A stretch of 64,000 nt of DNA, from contig CALRAJ010000001.1 in NCBI GenBank assembly GCA_943350765.1, forward strand, positions 191,066-255,065. Direction: 5' to 3'. The DNA comes from Candidatus Tayloriibacteriota bacterium (lineage in GTDB: Bacteria; Patescibacteriota; Minisyncoccia; Phycocordibacterales; PALSA-1337). The notes under the pieces are model-generated. The model was given only the letters and a program-made list of their open reading frames with translations. It ran no database searches and was not told the DNA's origin. The translations under genes and the position numbers were made by a program. Positions 1-10,310 of the stretch are shown one piece after another (position 1 is the stretch's first letter; each line of letters starts with the position of its first letter).

Positions 1-590
1 GATCTTGAAAACTCCACCTCAATATCGGCAGGCTTTATCTCTATCACAGACTTCTTTCTTATGGGTAAAATCGCGACCGATGCAGTCGAAGTATGCACCC
101 GACCCATCTTTTCGGTAGCAGGTATTCTCTGCACTCGATGCACCCCAGTCTCGTATCTTAAAAGTCTGTACACATCTTGACCTCTGATTTCAAAAACCGC
201 TTCCTTGTATCCACCAGCACTACCAAAAGATTCTTCTATAACTTTAAAAGCCCAGCCGAGATTTTCTGAATACCTTCGATACATGGTAGCTAATTCTTCT
301 GCAAAAAGTGCAGCTTCTTCACCTCCCGCTCCAGCTCTGACCTCGAGAATGATTTCGTTTGGTAGCTCGCTGACCACCGCCTCTTCGGAAGACACAATTT
401 CCTCCATTTGCTTTACAAGTGCTTGTTTTTGCTCATCAATAGACTTTATTTCAACTTCTGCAAGTGCCAAAAGTCCAGGATCTCCTGCTGACATAGTTTT
501 TAGCTCTGTCTGCTCGCGAGTAAGCTTCTCATACATTTCGGCGAGATAGCTAGTCTTGTGATTTTCTTTGTATTGGGTAATATCTACCAT
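1..590 (-). CDS. prfA: Peptide chain release factor 1 (partial, runs off window)
   Basis: Manual translation from ATG at 590 gives EVRAGAGGEEAALFA...GVHRVQRIPATEKMGRVHTSTASVAILP. The PxT (PAT) motif marks RF1. Lies downstream of rpmE. Not in the ORF track. Confidence 0.93.
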   Translation of the reverse strand, partial: MVDITQYKENHKTSYLAEMYEKLTREQTELKTMSAGDPGLLALAEVEIKSIDEQKQALVKQMEEIVSSEEAVVSELPNEIILEVRAGAGGEEAALFAEELATMYRRYSENLGWAFKVIEESFGSAGGYKEAVFEIRGQDVYRLLRYETGVHRVQRIPATEKMGRVHTSTASVAILPIRKKSVIEIKPADIEVEFSR

Positions 591-606
591 AAAAATGCAG
601 TGTAAA

Positions 607-644
607 AACATAAACCCGAACCGCTCGCGGTTCGGGTTTATGTT
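607..644 (-). terminator. Hairpin or intrinsic terminator after rpmE
   Basis: Perfect inverted repeat aacataaacccgaaccgc/gcggttcgggtttatgtt, with a T-run on the minus strand. Confidence 0.65.
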
Positions 645-650
645 AAGTAT

Positions 651-881
651 TTATTTTGCCTTTACTTCTTTCTTTGGAGCTTTTGAGGCAGCTCGAGTCT
701 TGAATCTTTCTACTCGTCCAGCTGTGTCGAGTGACTTTTCGTTACCAGTATAGAATGGGTGGCATACACTACAGATTTCCACCGCGATACTTTCTCGAGT
801 AGAGCCAAAAGTAAAAACATGACCACACGCACAAGTGGTAGTTGCCTTTGGGAAATATGCTGGATGTGTATCTTTTTTCAT
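651..881 (-). CDS. rpmE: 50S ribosomal protein L31 (zinc-binding type)
   Basis: [34 protein letters not shown]; start moved to ATG 881. Confidence 0.96.
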   Translation of the reverse strand: MKKDTHPAYFPKATTTCACGHVFTFGSTRESIAVEICSVCHPFYTGNEKSLDTAGRVERFKTRAASKAPKKEVKAK

Positions 882-968
882 ACAAAGTAGTGTAACAGAC
901 ATAGGAATAAAAGACAAGTAAAAGGATCGGGTTATATAAAATTTGACTAAAAGTGGTGTCGTGGGCTT

Positions 969-1000
969 TCCCCGAAAATCGCAGTAGCAATTTTCGGGGA
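969..1000. repeat. Family D hairpin (CAGTAG/CTACTG loop, variable stem)
   Basis: Same loop at 10101-10134, 25059-25106 and 48154-48189. Confidence 0.75.
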
Positions 1001-1049
1001 TTACACAGTTTTACTTAAAATAGCCCTGGGTATAGGCTCAGTTTGGCGG

Positions 1050-1079
1050 AAAGGCTCAACGATGTACCGTTGAGCCTTT
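1050..1079. repeat. Family A REP-like palindrome, empty form (GGCTCAAC...GTTGAGCC)
   Basis: aaaggctcaacg-atgtac-cgttgagccttt; many copies in the window. Confidence 0.85.
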
Positions 1080-1098
1080 AAGGCAATTCTAGCCAAAA

Positions 1099-2499
1099 TT
1101 AGCCTCCCAAAATATCAATCTGCTTTTGATACTTATCTGCTAATGCCATCACATCATCACCATAAAATGCATACTCTCGTTTACTAGCATTTGCTGGGCC
1201 AGCTAGGTAGCGAAGGGCAGCTAAACGCTCCGCTGAACGAGTACCCGCAGCTGCACCATTTTCTTTCATCAAAAGAGCTGACGCCATAAACGCATCTTTT
1301 GGTTCCCACGGATTTGAGGGGCTATTTTTACCCAAGAGAGAACGCACCTTGTCCTTGTCGGCATTATATTCCCATGGTCCGACCCAAGATTTGTCAGCAT
1401 TTTGCGTACACTTGCCCGTTGTGGAATTGATATACCCACCATAACAAATCCATGTAGATGGAATAAACTGGGCCGGACCCATTGCTCCTCCCCAGCCATA
1501 CCATGGCTTTTTTGATACAGGTACTGTATCAGGATTTAAACCAATAAACTCCATCATTGCCTTAAAAATAGGTACATCTCGAGTGGGGTGCATATCTACT
1601 TTCCAATTCCCAGTTCCCACATTTTGTCCCAGATTACTTTCTTCGGCAATAATACCGAGAATAAGTGCTGGTCTCACACCTGTCTTTTGTGATGCACCGT
1701 TTGCATAATCAAGTGCTTTTGCAAAAGATATAGCACTCGAACCCTGAAGTGAGAAAAGCTCACTCCTGATAGCTGCGGCTGACTTCTGAGATTCTTTCAA
1801 AATTGCCTGATAATTTTTCTCAATGCCCCGAGAAGTACTCAGGATTTTCTTTTTCTCAGCCTCATCCTGCTCAACCTTCTTCTTTTCTAAGAGTTGAATA
1901 GTACGCAATCCCAGTTCATCTTCTTTTTTTACCTCAAGTGATTCTTTTTGTGTATTAGTTTCTGCTTTTGTGATTTCGAGGTCATCAAAAGACTGCTTTA
2001 GTGAAGTGTTTATGGAAGCAAATGCATCTATATCCTCAAAAAACTGTGAGAGTGGCTTGTTAGACAAAAATATCTCGACCATAGAAGCATCCTCAATTTG
2101 TGCTGTTTTTCGCATAAGCTGGGCGACTATTTTTTTCTCTCTATCTATCTTTTCGGATAAATTAGATATAACTACTTTTTTAGTACCGATATCCCCAGAA
2201 AGCTTTTCAATGGCAATGTCTCGAGCCTTGATACTGAGTTTTGCCTTGGCAATATTTGCATTCAATATCGCAATATCTCTTTCAAGACTGACGCTTTTGC
2301 CCTGCTGGTCTTTTAGAATTGTTTCTTGGATAGCTATAGCTGATTCGATATCAGTCAGCTGTTTTTGTAATTGGGTACGACGATTTGCCACATCTGAGCC
2401 ACCGACTGCCTGAGCAGAAATACTGGATATGGGTAGCACAAAAACAACACCGACTAGTACTAATAAAAAATATCCAACTCGGGTAAATCTCATAGACAC
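1099..2499 (-). CDS. Secreted coiled-coil protein with C-terminal lytic transglycosylase (SLT/MltB-like) domain
   Basis: Signal peptide, long coiled coil, motifs ILGIIAEES and GAMGPAQFIPSTW. Confidence 0.85.
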   Translation of the reverse strand: MSMRFTRVGYFLLVLVGVVFVLPISSISAQAVGGSDVANRRTQLQKQLTDIESAIAIQETILKDQQGKSVSLERDIAILNANIAKAKLSIKARDIAIEKLSGDIGTKKVVISNLSEKIDREKKIVAQLMRKTAQIEDASMVEIFLSNKPLSQFFEDIDAFASINTSLKQSFDDLEITKAETNTQKESLEVKKEDELGLRTIQLLEKKKVEQDEAEKKKILSTSRGIEKNYQAILKESQKSAAAIRSELFSLQGSSAISFAKALDYANGASQKTGVRPALILGIIAEESNLGQNVGTGNWKVDMHPTRDVPIFKAMMEFIGLNPDTVPVSKKPWYGWGGAMGPAQFIPSTWICYGGYINSTTGKCTQNADKSWVGPWEYNADKDKVRSLLGKNSPSNPWEPKDAFMASALLMKENGAAAGTRSAERLAALRYLAGPANASKREYAFYGDDVMALADKYQKQIDILGG

Positions 2500-2528
2500 T
2501 AGTATACCATTTTTGAGGAAAAATAACC

Positions 2529-2570
2529 AAAGGAAAACACCCGACCTAGTACAGTTGGGTGTTTTCCTTT
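2529..2570. terminator. Terminator hairpin after rplY
   Basis: aaaggaaaacacccgac...gttgggtgttttccttt. Confidence 0.65.
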
Positions 2571-2611
2571 CTCAAACCTAATATATTATGTCTATTGTCC
2601 TATGCACACTA

Positions 2612-3310
2612 CTACTTCTTTGCTGGCTTTGCATCTCCCGCAGGAGTTTCTGCCTTTCCACCCACCCCTTCTTCTGCACCCTCTTTGCCCTCCTTTGCTT
2701 CCTTACCCTTCTTTGCCACCTCGATCGCAGACATATCCACTGCCGCCACTTCCTCTACCACCTCTTCCTTTGGCTCATACACAGAAACCACCACTTCATC
2801 AGCGTTTGTAATCAGAGTTACTCCAGCGGGCATTTTAATATCCTTTGCGAGTACCACACTTGAAAATGTTGCGAGAAATGAAATATCTACAGCAATAGTA
2901 TGCGGTAAATCCTTTGGAGAAGCCTCGACGCGTAGCTCTCGAAGTACCTTTACGAGGTTACCGCCAAGCTCTTTGACCGCAGGAGCGTTACCAACAAAGT
3001 CAATCGGTACATTGACCTGTATCATTTGACCCTTTTCAAATACATAAAAATCAGCATGTCGAGCAGTACCTTTTACTGGGTGAACATCTACATCATAGAT
3101 AAGTGAGTCCAGCTCGACACCCTCACCTTGTAGTGTGACCACAGACGACTCACCCGCTTTTCGCCAAACTTTAATAAAATCAGAAAAAGCCACCTTGATC
3201 GGAGTAGACTTTTCTTTCTTGCCATAGTAGATAGCAGGAATCATACCGCCATCGCGTAATGCCTCGAGGTTTTCCTTTAAATCTCGCTTGTGTATATTCA
3301 ATGTAATCAT
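2612..3310 (-). CDS. rplY: 50S ribosomal protein L25/Ctc
   Basis: LRDGGMIPAIYYG, HPVKG..HADFY, TL5 C-terminal domain, charged tail. Confidence 0.95.
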   Translation of the reverse strand: MITLNIHKRDLKENLEALRDGGMIPAIYYGKKEKSTPIKVAFSDFIKVWRKAGESSVVTLQGEGVELDSLIYDVDVHPVKGTARHADFYVFEKGQMIQVNVPIDFVGNAPAVKELGGNLVKVLRELRVEASPKDLPHTIAVDISFLATFSSVVLAKDIKMPAGVTLITNADEVVVSVYEPKEEVVEEVAAVDMSAIEVAKKGKEAKEGKEGAEEGVGGKAETPAGDAKPAKK

Positions 3311-3382
3311 GAGATAGTAGTATATACTGCCTTAGAAAAAAAATCAAACTTTTTAAAACTACCCGGACTTGTCTAGCTCACT

Positions 3383-3709
3383 CTACGCCGCTTCAGCATG
3401 CTCTTGATTTCCTCCGTAGTCGTTTTTGTATAGCCAATATTCCATCTGCTCTAGTGCAGGCACTGGGTCAGATTGATAAAGTACCAATATCTCAGGGTGC
3501 TCTACTAAAACCCTGCGGTACCCAGCTGAAAATTTATGATTATTATGCATCACCCAATCATACAAACAATCATTTAAATCTTCTTTTGTAATTTCCTTAC
3601 CATACTTTCCATAATATCTAAGTGCTAAATCACGCTGAAAATACGCATGCACCGTATTTATCTCACGAGACTTTACCTTTTCAATTGGGATTTCCTCGAT
3701 ATTACTCAT
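3383..3709 (-). CDS. Hypothetical protein
   Basis: ORF fills the intergenic gap; likely start MSNIEE. Confidence 0.6.
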   Translation of the reverse strand: MSNIEEIPIEKVKSREINTVHAYFQRDLALRYYGKYGKEITKEDLNDCLYDWVMHNNHKFSAGYRRVLVEHPEILVLYQSDPVPALEQMEYWLYKNDYGGNQEHAEAA

Positions 3710-3791
3710 ACAGATAGTATACACCTATGGCAAAACAATTGAAAATTAGTCAAAATTGGTTTTCGCAAAAAACAGTTCTTGCAAAACTCAC

Positions 3792-4760
3792 CTACACCAC
3801 ACTATTCTGCGGTACCCCACCCTCGAGAGTTTGGATAATATTAGTGGTTGAAAGCAACGCCATCTCATGCCGTGCTTCAGCCGTACCCGAGGCAATATGT
3901 GGAGTAAGCACGACATTTGGCAGTTTAGCGAGACCTTTGGCAAGCTTTGGCTCAAATTCAAACACATCGAGACCCGCACCAGCAATCACGCCGTTTTTCA
4001 GAGCCAGCACCAAAGAATTTTCATCTACCACCTGCCCACGAGAAGTGTTTACTAGATAGGCAGTCTTTTTCATCATCGCAAGTCGCTCGGCATTTATCAA
4101 ATGTTGTGTCGAAGGCAGTAGTGGCACATGTATCGAGATCACATCAGCGACTTTTAAAACTTCCTCGACAGTAGGATAAAAAACTGCACCAAAGCTCTTC
4201 TCTAGCTCATCATTTCTCTTTACATCATAGTACACCAGCTTCATACCAAAACCATTGACCGCTCGATGAGCCACATCGGCTCCTATCCGACCTGTGCCAA
4301 TAATCCCCAATATCTTGCCAGCAAGCTTTGTCCCATGGAAAATCATCGGGTCCCAACCTTTAAACTTTCCTTTTCTCATATATTCATCCGCCTCTACCAC
4401 TCGACAAGAAAGTGCGAGGACTAGTGCCAGAGTATGCTCTGCCACACGGTCAGCTCCTCCACCAGGAGTATTAGTCACATAGATACCTCGCTTTTTTGCC
4501 TCCACAATATCAATGTTATTAAAACCAATAGCAAAGTTGGCATAAATCTTTGCCGTCGTACAGGCATCAAATACCTTTGCGTCCACCTGATCAGTCAAAA
4601 GTGTCAGCACCGCATCATAAGGTTTTTTTGAAATGGCTTTGATCAGTTCCTTCTGCGTCAATGGTCTATTTTTTTTATTTATATCGACTTCATACCCTTT
4701 ATCAGTAAGCATTTTCACACCAACCTCAGGAATCTGCCTAGTTATGTATATTTTTTTCAT
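3792..4760 (-). CDS. D-glycerate dehydrogenase / glyoxylate reductase (D-2-hydroxyacid dehydrogenase)
   Basis: GIIGTGRIG, NTSRG, GLDVFEFEP, PHIAS motifs. Confidence 0.92.
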   Translation of the reverse strand: MKKIYITRQIPEVGVKMLTDKGYEVDINKKNRPLTQKELIKAISKKPYDAVLTLLTDQVDAKVFDACTTAKIYANFAIGFNNIDIVEAKKRGIYVTNTPGGGADRVAEHTLALVLALSCRVVEADEYMRKGKFKGWDPMIFHGTKLAGKILGIIGTGRIGADVAHRAVNGFGMKLVYYDVKRNDELEKSFGAVFYPTVEEVLKVADVISIHVPLLPSTQHLINAERLAMMKKTAYLVNTSRGQVVDENSLVLALKNGVIAGAGLDVFEFEPKLAKGLAKLPNVVLTPHIASGTAEARHEMALLSTTNIIQTLEGGVPQNSVV

Positions 4761-4855
4761 TTAATTATTATATCATGGAGAATTATTTTTAAAATCAACT
4801 TTTACTTTTTATATACACATATACAAAATCTATGGATGAAAATCCATTTCAGGTA

Positions 4856-4881
4856 TTGACAAGTATACCATATTATGGATA
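4856..4881 (+). promoter_or_regulatory. Sigma70-like promoter
   Basis: Perfect TTGACA at 4856 followed by an AT-rich -10-like region (ggataat/taatag). Confidence 0.5.
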
Positions 4882-4940
4882 ATAGAAACCTGAATCCGTT
4901 CGTCAAAATCAACCTGTCCTAAATAGGAAACTCTGTTCTT

Positions 4941-5300
4941 ATGCTAAATATCTACACCATGACTCTTCAGACGATACACCCCTCACTAAACAAGTATCGC
5001 CAGCTTGAATTATCAGTCTATGATGATTATCCACCACTTGTCGTTGGTCAGCATACCAAACTTCCACACACCTCAGGCGGACATGCGCGCACTGCGTACA
5101 TTGTACGTGTTCGCGAGGTCCTTCGCGAGGCTATTCTTGGAACTCATAAAATGATCCAAGTTAGCCTACACTCAAACGCATTTGCATTGGTTGATGTGAT
5201 TTGTGATGAGGATGATGTTGTCGGTAAGCAGTGGCAGGTAATATCCAAAAAAGAATTCGCATTTCACTTTCTGAGTCCAAATGAGGCGACGATTGAATAA
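4941..5300 (+). CDS. Hypothetical protein
   Basis: ORF with upstream promoter and downstream terminator (gcccatag-gaaa-ctatgggc-TTTTT, about 5329-5355). Confidence 0.65.
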   Translation: MLNIYTMTLQTIHPSLNKYRQLELSVYDDYPPLVVGQHTKLPHTSGGHARTAYIVRVREVLREAILGTHKMIQVSLHSNAFALVDVICDEDDVVGKQWQVISKKEFAFHFLSPNEATIE

Positions 5301-5439
5301 GAAAAGGCTCTAGTATCTTGCACCCATCGCCCATAGGAAACTATGGGCTTTTTATTTAATTACCCCAAATAACCCTGCGGCGTACTCGTCGCGGGTACAA
5401 TCATACCTATATCAAAACCACACCCAAATGCTCAAATAT

Positions 5440-5492
5440 TTAAACGGCTAAACACTAGTGTTTAGCCGTTTAATCTGGCTCTGTAGAGCCAT
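5440..5492. repeat. Palindromes ttaaacggctaaacactagtgtttagccgtttaa and tggctctgtagagcca
   Basis: Near-identical copy at 58932-58965; related copy at 24990-25042. Confidence 0.75.
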
Positions 5493-5552
5493 TTAGACTT
5501 TTTACCGAAAACTATCATTTTTAAGTAAAAAACTATGATAATTCACTGTTTC

Positions 5553-6434
5553 CTACCCTAGAAAACTAAACACTCTCATCTTTTCCTCCACCACTTGCGA
5601 TACTGCGTCTCTAGAAGGAGCGAGATATTTGTATGGAGCGACTTCTTTTGGATTGGCAGAGAGTGTCGTGTCCAGAGTACTTCGATATGCCACTCGAAGC
5701 TCAGTATTTACATGCACAATAGCCACACCAGCTTTGATTGCCGACTGAATATCCGCATCAGTATTACCAGATGCACCATGAAGTACGAGTGGTACGCCAG
5801 TCGCCTCTGACACCTCTGCCACTCGAGAGATATTGAGTGCGGGATCCTTCCATTTTGCAAGCATGCCGTGAATATTTCCCACGGCAGGTGCTAGCATATC
5901 TACACCAGTCTCATCGACATATCGCTTGGCTTGCTCTGCTGTGGTCAGGTATTCGTCAGATAGATTGATCCCCTCTGGCACAGCATCGAGTACCTTTGAA
6001 GATTTGCCGATATAGCCCAGCTCTGCCTCGACGAGTACTCGCTCACCAAAAAGTGGCTTCTGACTTTTTGCATACTCTACACACTGCTTTGCCACTCTAA
6101 TATTTTCCTCAAACGATAGCTCCGTGCCGTCAAAGATGACCATATCGAAACCGAGGTCGATAGCCTCTTTTACTCGCTCAAAAGAATAGGTATGGTCAGC
6201 GTTTATAAAAATCGGGAAATCGTACTGAGTACGCAAGCTTTTGACTAGAGCTACCGCTTGCTTTGCACCTATAAAATCTCGCTCGCCTTCAGAAACACCG
6301 ATAATGACAGGTAATTTTAATTTCCTTGCCGAATTAAACACCCCCCACAATCCCACTGTGTCGGAGATATTAAAATGACCAATAGCTGTCTTTTTTTCCT
6401 GAGCCTCACTGATGTATTGTTTTAGTGTTTTCAT
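5553..6434 (-). CDS. fba: Class II fructose-bisphosphate aldolase
   Basis: NADH(T), VEAELGYIG, AVGNIHG, LVLHGASG, VNTELR. Confidence 0.92.
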   Translation of the reverse strand: MKTLKQYISEAQEKKTAIGHFNISDTVGLWGVFNSARKLKLPVIIGVSEGERDFIGAKQAVALVKSLRTQYDFPIFINADHTYSFERVKEAIDLGFDMVIFDGTELSFEENIRVAKQCVEYAKSQKPLFGERVLVEAELGYIGKSSKVLDAVPEGINLSDEYLTTAEQAKRYVDETGVDMLAPAVGNIHGMLAKWKDPALNISRVAEVSEATGVPLVLHGASGNTDADIQSAIKAGVAIVHVNTELRVAYRSTLDTTLSANPKEVAPYKYLAPSRDAVSQVVEEKMRVFSFLG

Positions 6435-6457
6435 ATATTGTATTATATCGTAGCTTG

Positions 6458-6599
6458 CCCCCAATTACGAAATACTTTTCTTGGCATATCTTTTAAAGGG
6501 TACGGATAAAAATTTACTAATTTTTTCCTGAAATCTCGGCTACCCGCCTGCGAACCCCCTTTAAAAGATACGCCTGCGACAGTATTTCGTAATTGGGGG
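6458..6599 (-). repeat. Family C structured element, copy 1
   Basis: Outer stem cccccaattacgaaatac/gtatttcgtaattggggg; inner stem ggcatatcttttaaagg/cctttaaaagatacgcc; homologs at 14070, 57963 and 59057. Confidence 0.85.
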
Positions 6600-6627
6600 T
6601 ACCTTAAAATTTTAAAACCAAACATGG

Positions 6628-7986
6628 CTACTGTGTTTCTGGCAACCCAGCTGTCCTCTGCACCACTCGGAAAATCACGGCACCCAGTACCAAAACGGCT
6701 ATACCGAGCATTATCCAGATTATCCACGGCGCGCGCTCTGAAAGTGGTATTACTGGGGGTACATACTCACCATTTACCCGTTCTGCTTCGAGATTTCCGG
6801 AAATAAATTCATCGCTTTTAAAGTTACGGTATACCTGGGCCAAGTCGTATGATGGAAATACCGCCTTTTCATTACCATAGAAAAGTTTATAGTTATGCTG
6901 TGGCTCTGCTAAAAACTTTATTACCCTAACATATCCGCGGAATTCGAGGTCGTTAATTTTTATCGGCTGACTATCCTGATTATGAATAAGTATTTTTACA
7001 TAACGAGCATTTGACTCACCAAAGGAAACTAAAGTTTTTTCGCCAGATAAATCCTTTGTCTTATACTGATATATTGCATCCCCACCTATATAGCTCCAAA
7101 CTTTTTTATCTGCACTCGAATAAACAGAAACCGATCTTTCAAAATTTCTCGAATCAGTGCTTATAGCAAACTGATCGCTTATAGCACCCATATCTCCAAA
7201 ATCAGGGGAGATTCGTGGATGATTTGTTTTACCATCATCTAGTCTAAAGTCTGCGATTATCTGAGTATCTTTACCAACCTCCACTACCTCAAAAGTAGGA
7301 AAGTAAGAAAGACGATTACCTCTCGCATACACATCTCGCCTAGCACTAGCCCCGAGTACTAGGACAGGATCGCTATCAGAATCAATAATTTTTACCATAA
7401 CATATCGGTACACTGCCTCAGGATATGACACTGTAGTATTACGCACAGGGTAGTCTCGACTATAGTCGTAGATGATTTGATTGTCTGCGAGTAATGACCA
7501 TCTTCCCATGTCATTACTACCATATATCTGAACCTTCTTTCGATAGTTTTTCTGCTCAGCATCGATATTGATATTTATCTGATTATGTCGTGCTGAGCCA
7601 CCAAAATCTACAACAAAGCTAGTGTACTCACCCGCCACAGAACCCTTGTTTAAAATCTGTGTAGTCGGTGCTGTAGTCTGTACCGTGTCACGATCTGTAA
7701 TCAAAAGGTATGGGACTTCTTTATTATCACCTGCATCTACTACTCGCAGATCGCTCAGATGAGTGGTAGAAGAAGCAAATACTTGAGGATCAAGCACCAC
7801 TTGCACAAGTGAAGTCGACTGGGCTACGGACGGTATTTTTATCTCCTTATAAGCCCGCCAATCCTTTTGAGAAAAATCGGCAGACACTGTTGAGACCACT
7901 CCAAACAGAGCAGAAATCGTAATTACCAGTATTCTAGAAAAATTTGAGAAGTGTGTGTTCATGAGATAGTTATATTTTAACTGCAT
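6628..7986 (-). CDS. DUF3999-like exported protein with C-terminal TM helix
   Basis: DLRVV..EVPY, YKLFYGN..FPSYDL, C-terminal TM; adjacent to a DUF2339-like gene. Confidence 0.7.
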   Translation of the reverse strand: MQLKYNYLMNTHFSNFSRILVITISALFGVVSTVSADFSQKDWRAYKEIKIPSVAQSTSLVQVVLDPQVFASSTTHLSDLRVVDAGDNKEVPYLLITDRDTVQTTAPTTQILNKGSVAGEYTSFVVDFGGSARHNQININIDAEQKNYRKKVQIYGSNDMGRWSLLADNQIIYDYSRDYPVRNTTVSYPEAVYRYVMVKIIDSDSDPVLVLGASARRDVYARGNRLSYFPTFEVVEVGKDTQIIADFRLDDGKTNHPRISPDFGDMGAISDQFAISTDSRNFERSVSVYSSADKKVWSYIGGDAIYQYKTKDLSGEKTLVSFGESNARYVKILIHNQDSQPIKINDLEFRGYVRVIKFLAEPQHNYKLFYGNEKAVFPSYDLAQVYRNFKSDEFISGNLEAERVNGEYVPPVIPLSERAPWIIWIMLGIAVLVLGAVIFRVVQRTAGLPETQ

Positions 7987-9893
7987 TATTTCATTACAAC
8001 TGTTTCAGTATCCGACACGGTCAAGAAACCTTTAATTCGACTCGAAAATCGGAAATAAAGGTACCCAACCACAACAAGGGCAACTCCTAGCACCATAAAT
8101 GCTGCAATACGATAAACCTGATCTAGAAGCCAAATGTCATAAAGGAATGTCTTGAGTACCGTGATCCCAAAAACCACAGTCGCACAGATACGCAACACCG
8201 AGGTTTTTGAAATAATTCCAAGTACGAGTGCTACCAGTGCGTAGGCGATAAAGAATACTGATATTGCGAGGCTAGTAGATTGGATGATATTGGCAGTTGT
8301 CGAAAGATAACGGAAACCATCAACGATTTCAAAAACACCTGCACACAAAACAAGAATATTTGCTATCGCCATAAATACTGAGGCCTTGTGTAAATCCTCC
8401 CTATCCTTTGATGACACATAGAATGCGTGGAAAACATAAGCAATAAAGACGGCGAGGATTGTCGCTATTGCAAACACGATAAATCGCTCGTTGAATATGA
8501 GGATAAAATCTGCTTTTGCAAGGTTTGTATCAAATGCAAATAGACGAAATATACCGAGAGCAAAAATAGGGATCGAGTATGAGACTATTCTCGAACGAAG
8601 CAAGAGTGCCACCCATGCGATAATAGCACTTTCCACAAACCACGAAATAGTGATCCAGAAACCATTGAACTGAATAGGGAAAACGAGAGTGAGGAATAGT
8701 ACCGCCATTCCTGCTGGCAAATAGACGAGGGCTTTTGTCTCTCTTTTTGCATACGAGCCGACGAGCGTAATGAGTGTGTAGACCGCCGTTAGAAAAAGTG
8801 GCAAAAGACCTATGTAGGCAGAGTACTCAGGGTTTAGAATAGAATAGCTTACTGACATATAGATTATTCCTGTCAGCAACATTAAAGCAAAGTCGCCATT
8901 GTTTGGCTTTTTATCATTAAAATAATAGAAGACCAATGACGAACCAGTAAATATCGCCCAAAGTAGTGTAAAGTAGGCTTCGGTCATGAATAGCTTACTC
9001 GTGTCATAATTTCCAAAAAACCACCCTCCTACGAGTAGCAAGGTACCCACCGCTGTACCCCAGACCAGCTGTTTCCAATTTTTAAAGTAAGCAAGCACAA
9101 AAAGTCCCAGATCAAGTAGTGCAACATAAGTCAGAAGTCCAATATCATTTACCACATTTGTCGAAAGTAGGACGGGTGTTAAAAAACCACCGAGAAGTGC
9201 TATACCAGCTATTGCAATAGAGTCATATCTAACCGAAAGTACGATAGAGAAAATAGTGATAATAATCATTCCAAGAAAAGCCGGTACCTGATCGATTTTA
9301 TGATAAAAACCAAAAGCACTATAGAGAGATAGGTAGAGGATCGCGATACCGCCACCCGTCAAGTAAAATGCGTACTTTGGATATTTTCTATAGAACCATT
9401 CTCCCGCACCAATAAAGCCGAGACCGATAATCAAGCCGAGAATAATACGCCCTGTCTCGCCGATGAGGTTGTTATCAAAAGAGAACTTGATGAAAAATCC
9501 AACGCCAAAAAGTATCGCGATTATACCTGCCAACATGAGCCACCTTGTATTAAAAGCAAACTCCGTAGCAGTCGCAGTAGTATTGACAGAGGTTTTTACA
9601 CTACTGTATGTAGGTGAAGCCTGAGGTATGCTTTTAGTTGGGATATTTACTGTGTCAGTCTGATAGTGATGTGTATCCTGAGATGTTTCAGTATGCGAGG
9701 TCTGGATAGGGCTACTGTTAGTAGGAGTACTTGAACCGTAAAGCTCATCTTTTGTAATAATGCCTTTCTGGATGAGAAGTGAGGCGAGACGGTAAGATAT
9801 TTGGCTAGGTTTTTCTGCAATATTCTGATGCTGATTTTTTGAAACAAAATACCATGCGACACAGATAATTATGATAATGAATATTAATTCCAT
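7986..9893 (-). CDS. DUF2339-like polytopic membrane protein
   Basis: GIIAILFGVGFFIKFS, GGGIAILYLSLY, GGFLTP, LKTFLYD..RIAAF; many TM helices. Confidence 0.82.
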   Translation of the reverse strand: MELIFIIIIICVAWYFVSKNQHQNIAEKPSQISYRLASLLIQKGIITKDELYGSSTPTNSSPIQTSHTETSQDTHHYQTDTVNIPTKSIPQASPTYSSVKTSVNTTATATEFAFNTRWLMLAGIIAILFGVGFFIKFSFDNNLIGETGRIILGLIIGLGFIGAGEWFYRKYPKYAFYLTGGGIAILYLSLYSAFGFYHKIDQVPAFLGMIIITIFSIVLSVRYDSIAIAGIALLGGFLTPVLLSTNVVNDIGLLTYVALLDLGLFVLAYFKNWKQLVWGTAVGTLLLVGGWFFGNYDTSKLFMTEAYFTLLWAIFTGSSLVFYYFNDKKPNNGDFALMLLTGIIYMSVSYSILNPEYSAYIGLLPLFLTAVYTLITLVGSYAKRETKALVYLPAGMAVLFLTLVFPIQFNGFWITISWFVESAIIAWVALLLRSRIVSYSIPIFALGIFRLFAFDTNLAKADFILIFNERFIVFAIATILAVFIAYVFHAFYVSSKDREDLHKASVFMAIANILVLCAGVFEIVDGFRYLSTTANIIQSTSLAISVFFIAYALVALVLGIISKTSVLRICATVVFGITVLKTFLYDIWLLDQVYRIAAFMVLGVALVVVGYLYFRFSSRIKGFLTVSDTETVVMK

Positions 9894-10155
9894 AAATAGT
9901 ATTACTTAGCGTGATTAACGCTGGCTATTATTATTGATATGTCTATGAGTATACTGTATCTTGGGGGATTTAAGAAGTATGGCTAAAGGGTTATGAACAA
10001 TGAAAACGCCAGCAACAACCATATACGCCATTGCGTATATAAGGGAAATACATCTCAGCTATAGCTGAAATGTATTTCTTGTCTAGTGTCAAAATCAATG
10101 TTGCCCACGATTTTCTACTGAAAATCGTGGGCAAAAACCTACCCAAACAAGCCGT

Positions 10156-10284
10156 AAAGGCTCGAGGAGTGGAGACGACGAAGATACAGGAGCCACATAT
10201 CGGTGGCGGGAGTACTGAGCTCAGTAGAGCGAATGTGACGGGCTAGCAAGACGCGTTACAAGCACGGTACACCGTTGAGCCTTT
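10156..10284 (+). repeat. Family A palindrome, filled form with about 105-nt insert
   Basis: ggctcga[ggag...gaagatacaggagcc...ctgagctcagtagagcgaatgtg...ttacaagc]acggtacaccgttgagcc; homologs at 27236 (-) and 54807 (+). Confidence 0.85.
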
Positions 10285-10310
10285 CCGCCAAACCACGCCC
10301 CTACTCAGGC

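Noticed and set aside
205-549. 114-aa plus-strand ORF
   Set aside because: Antisense shadow of prfA.
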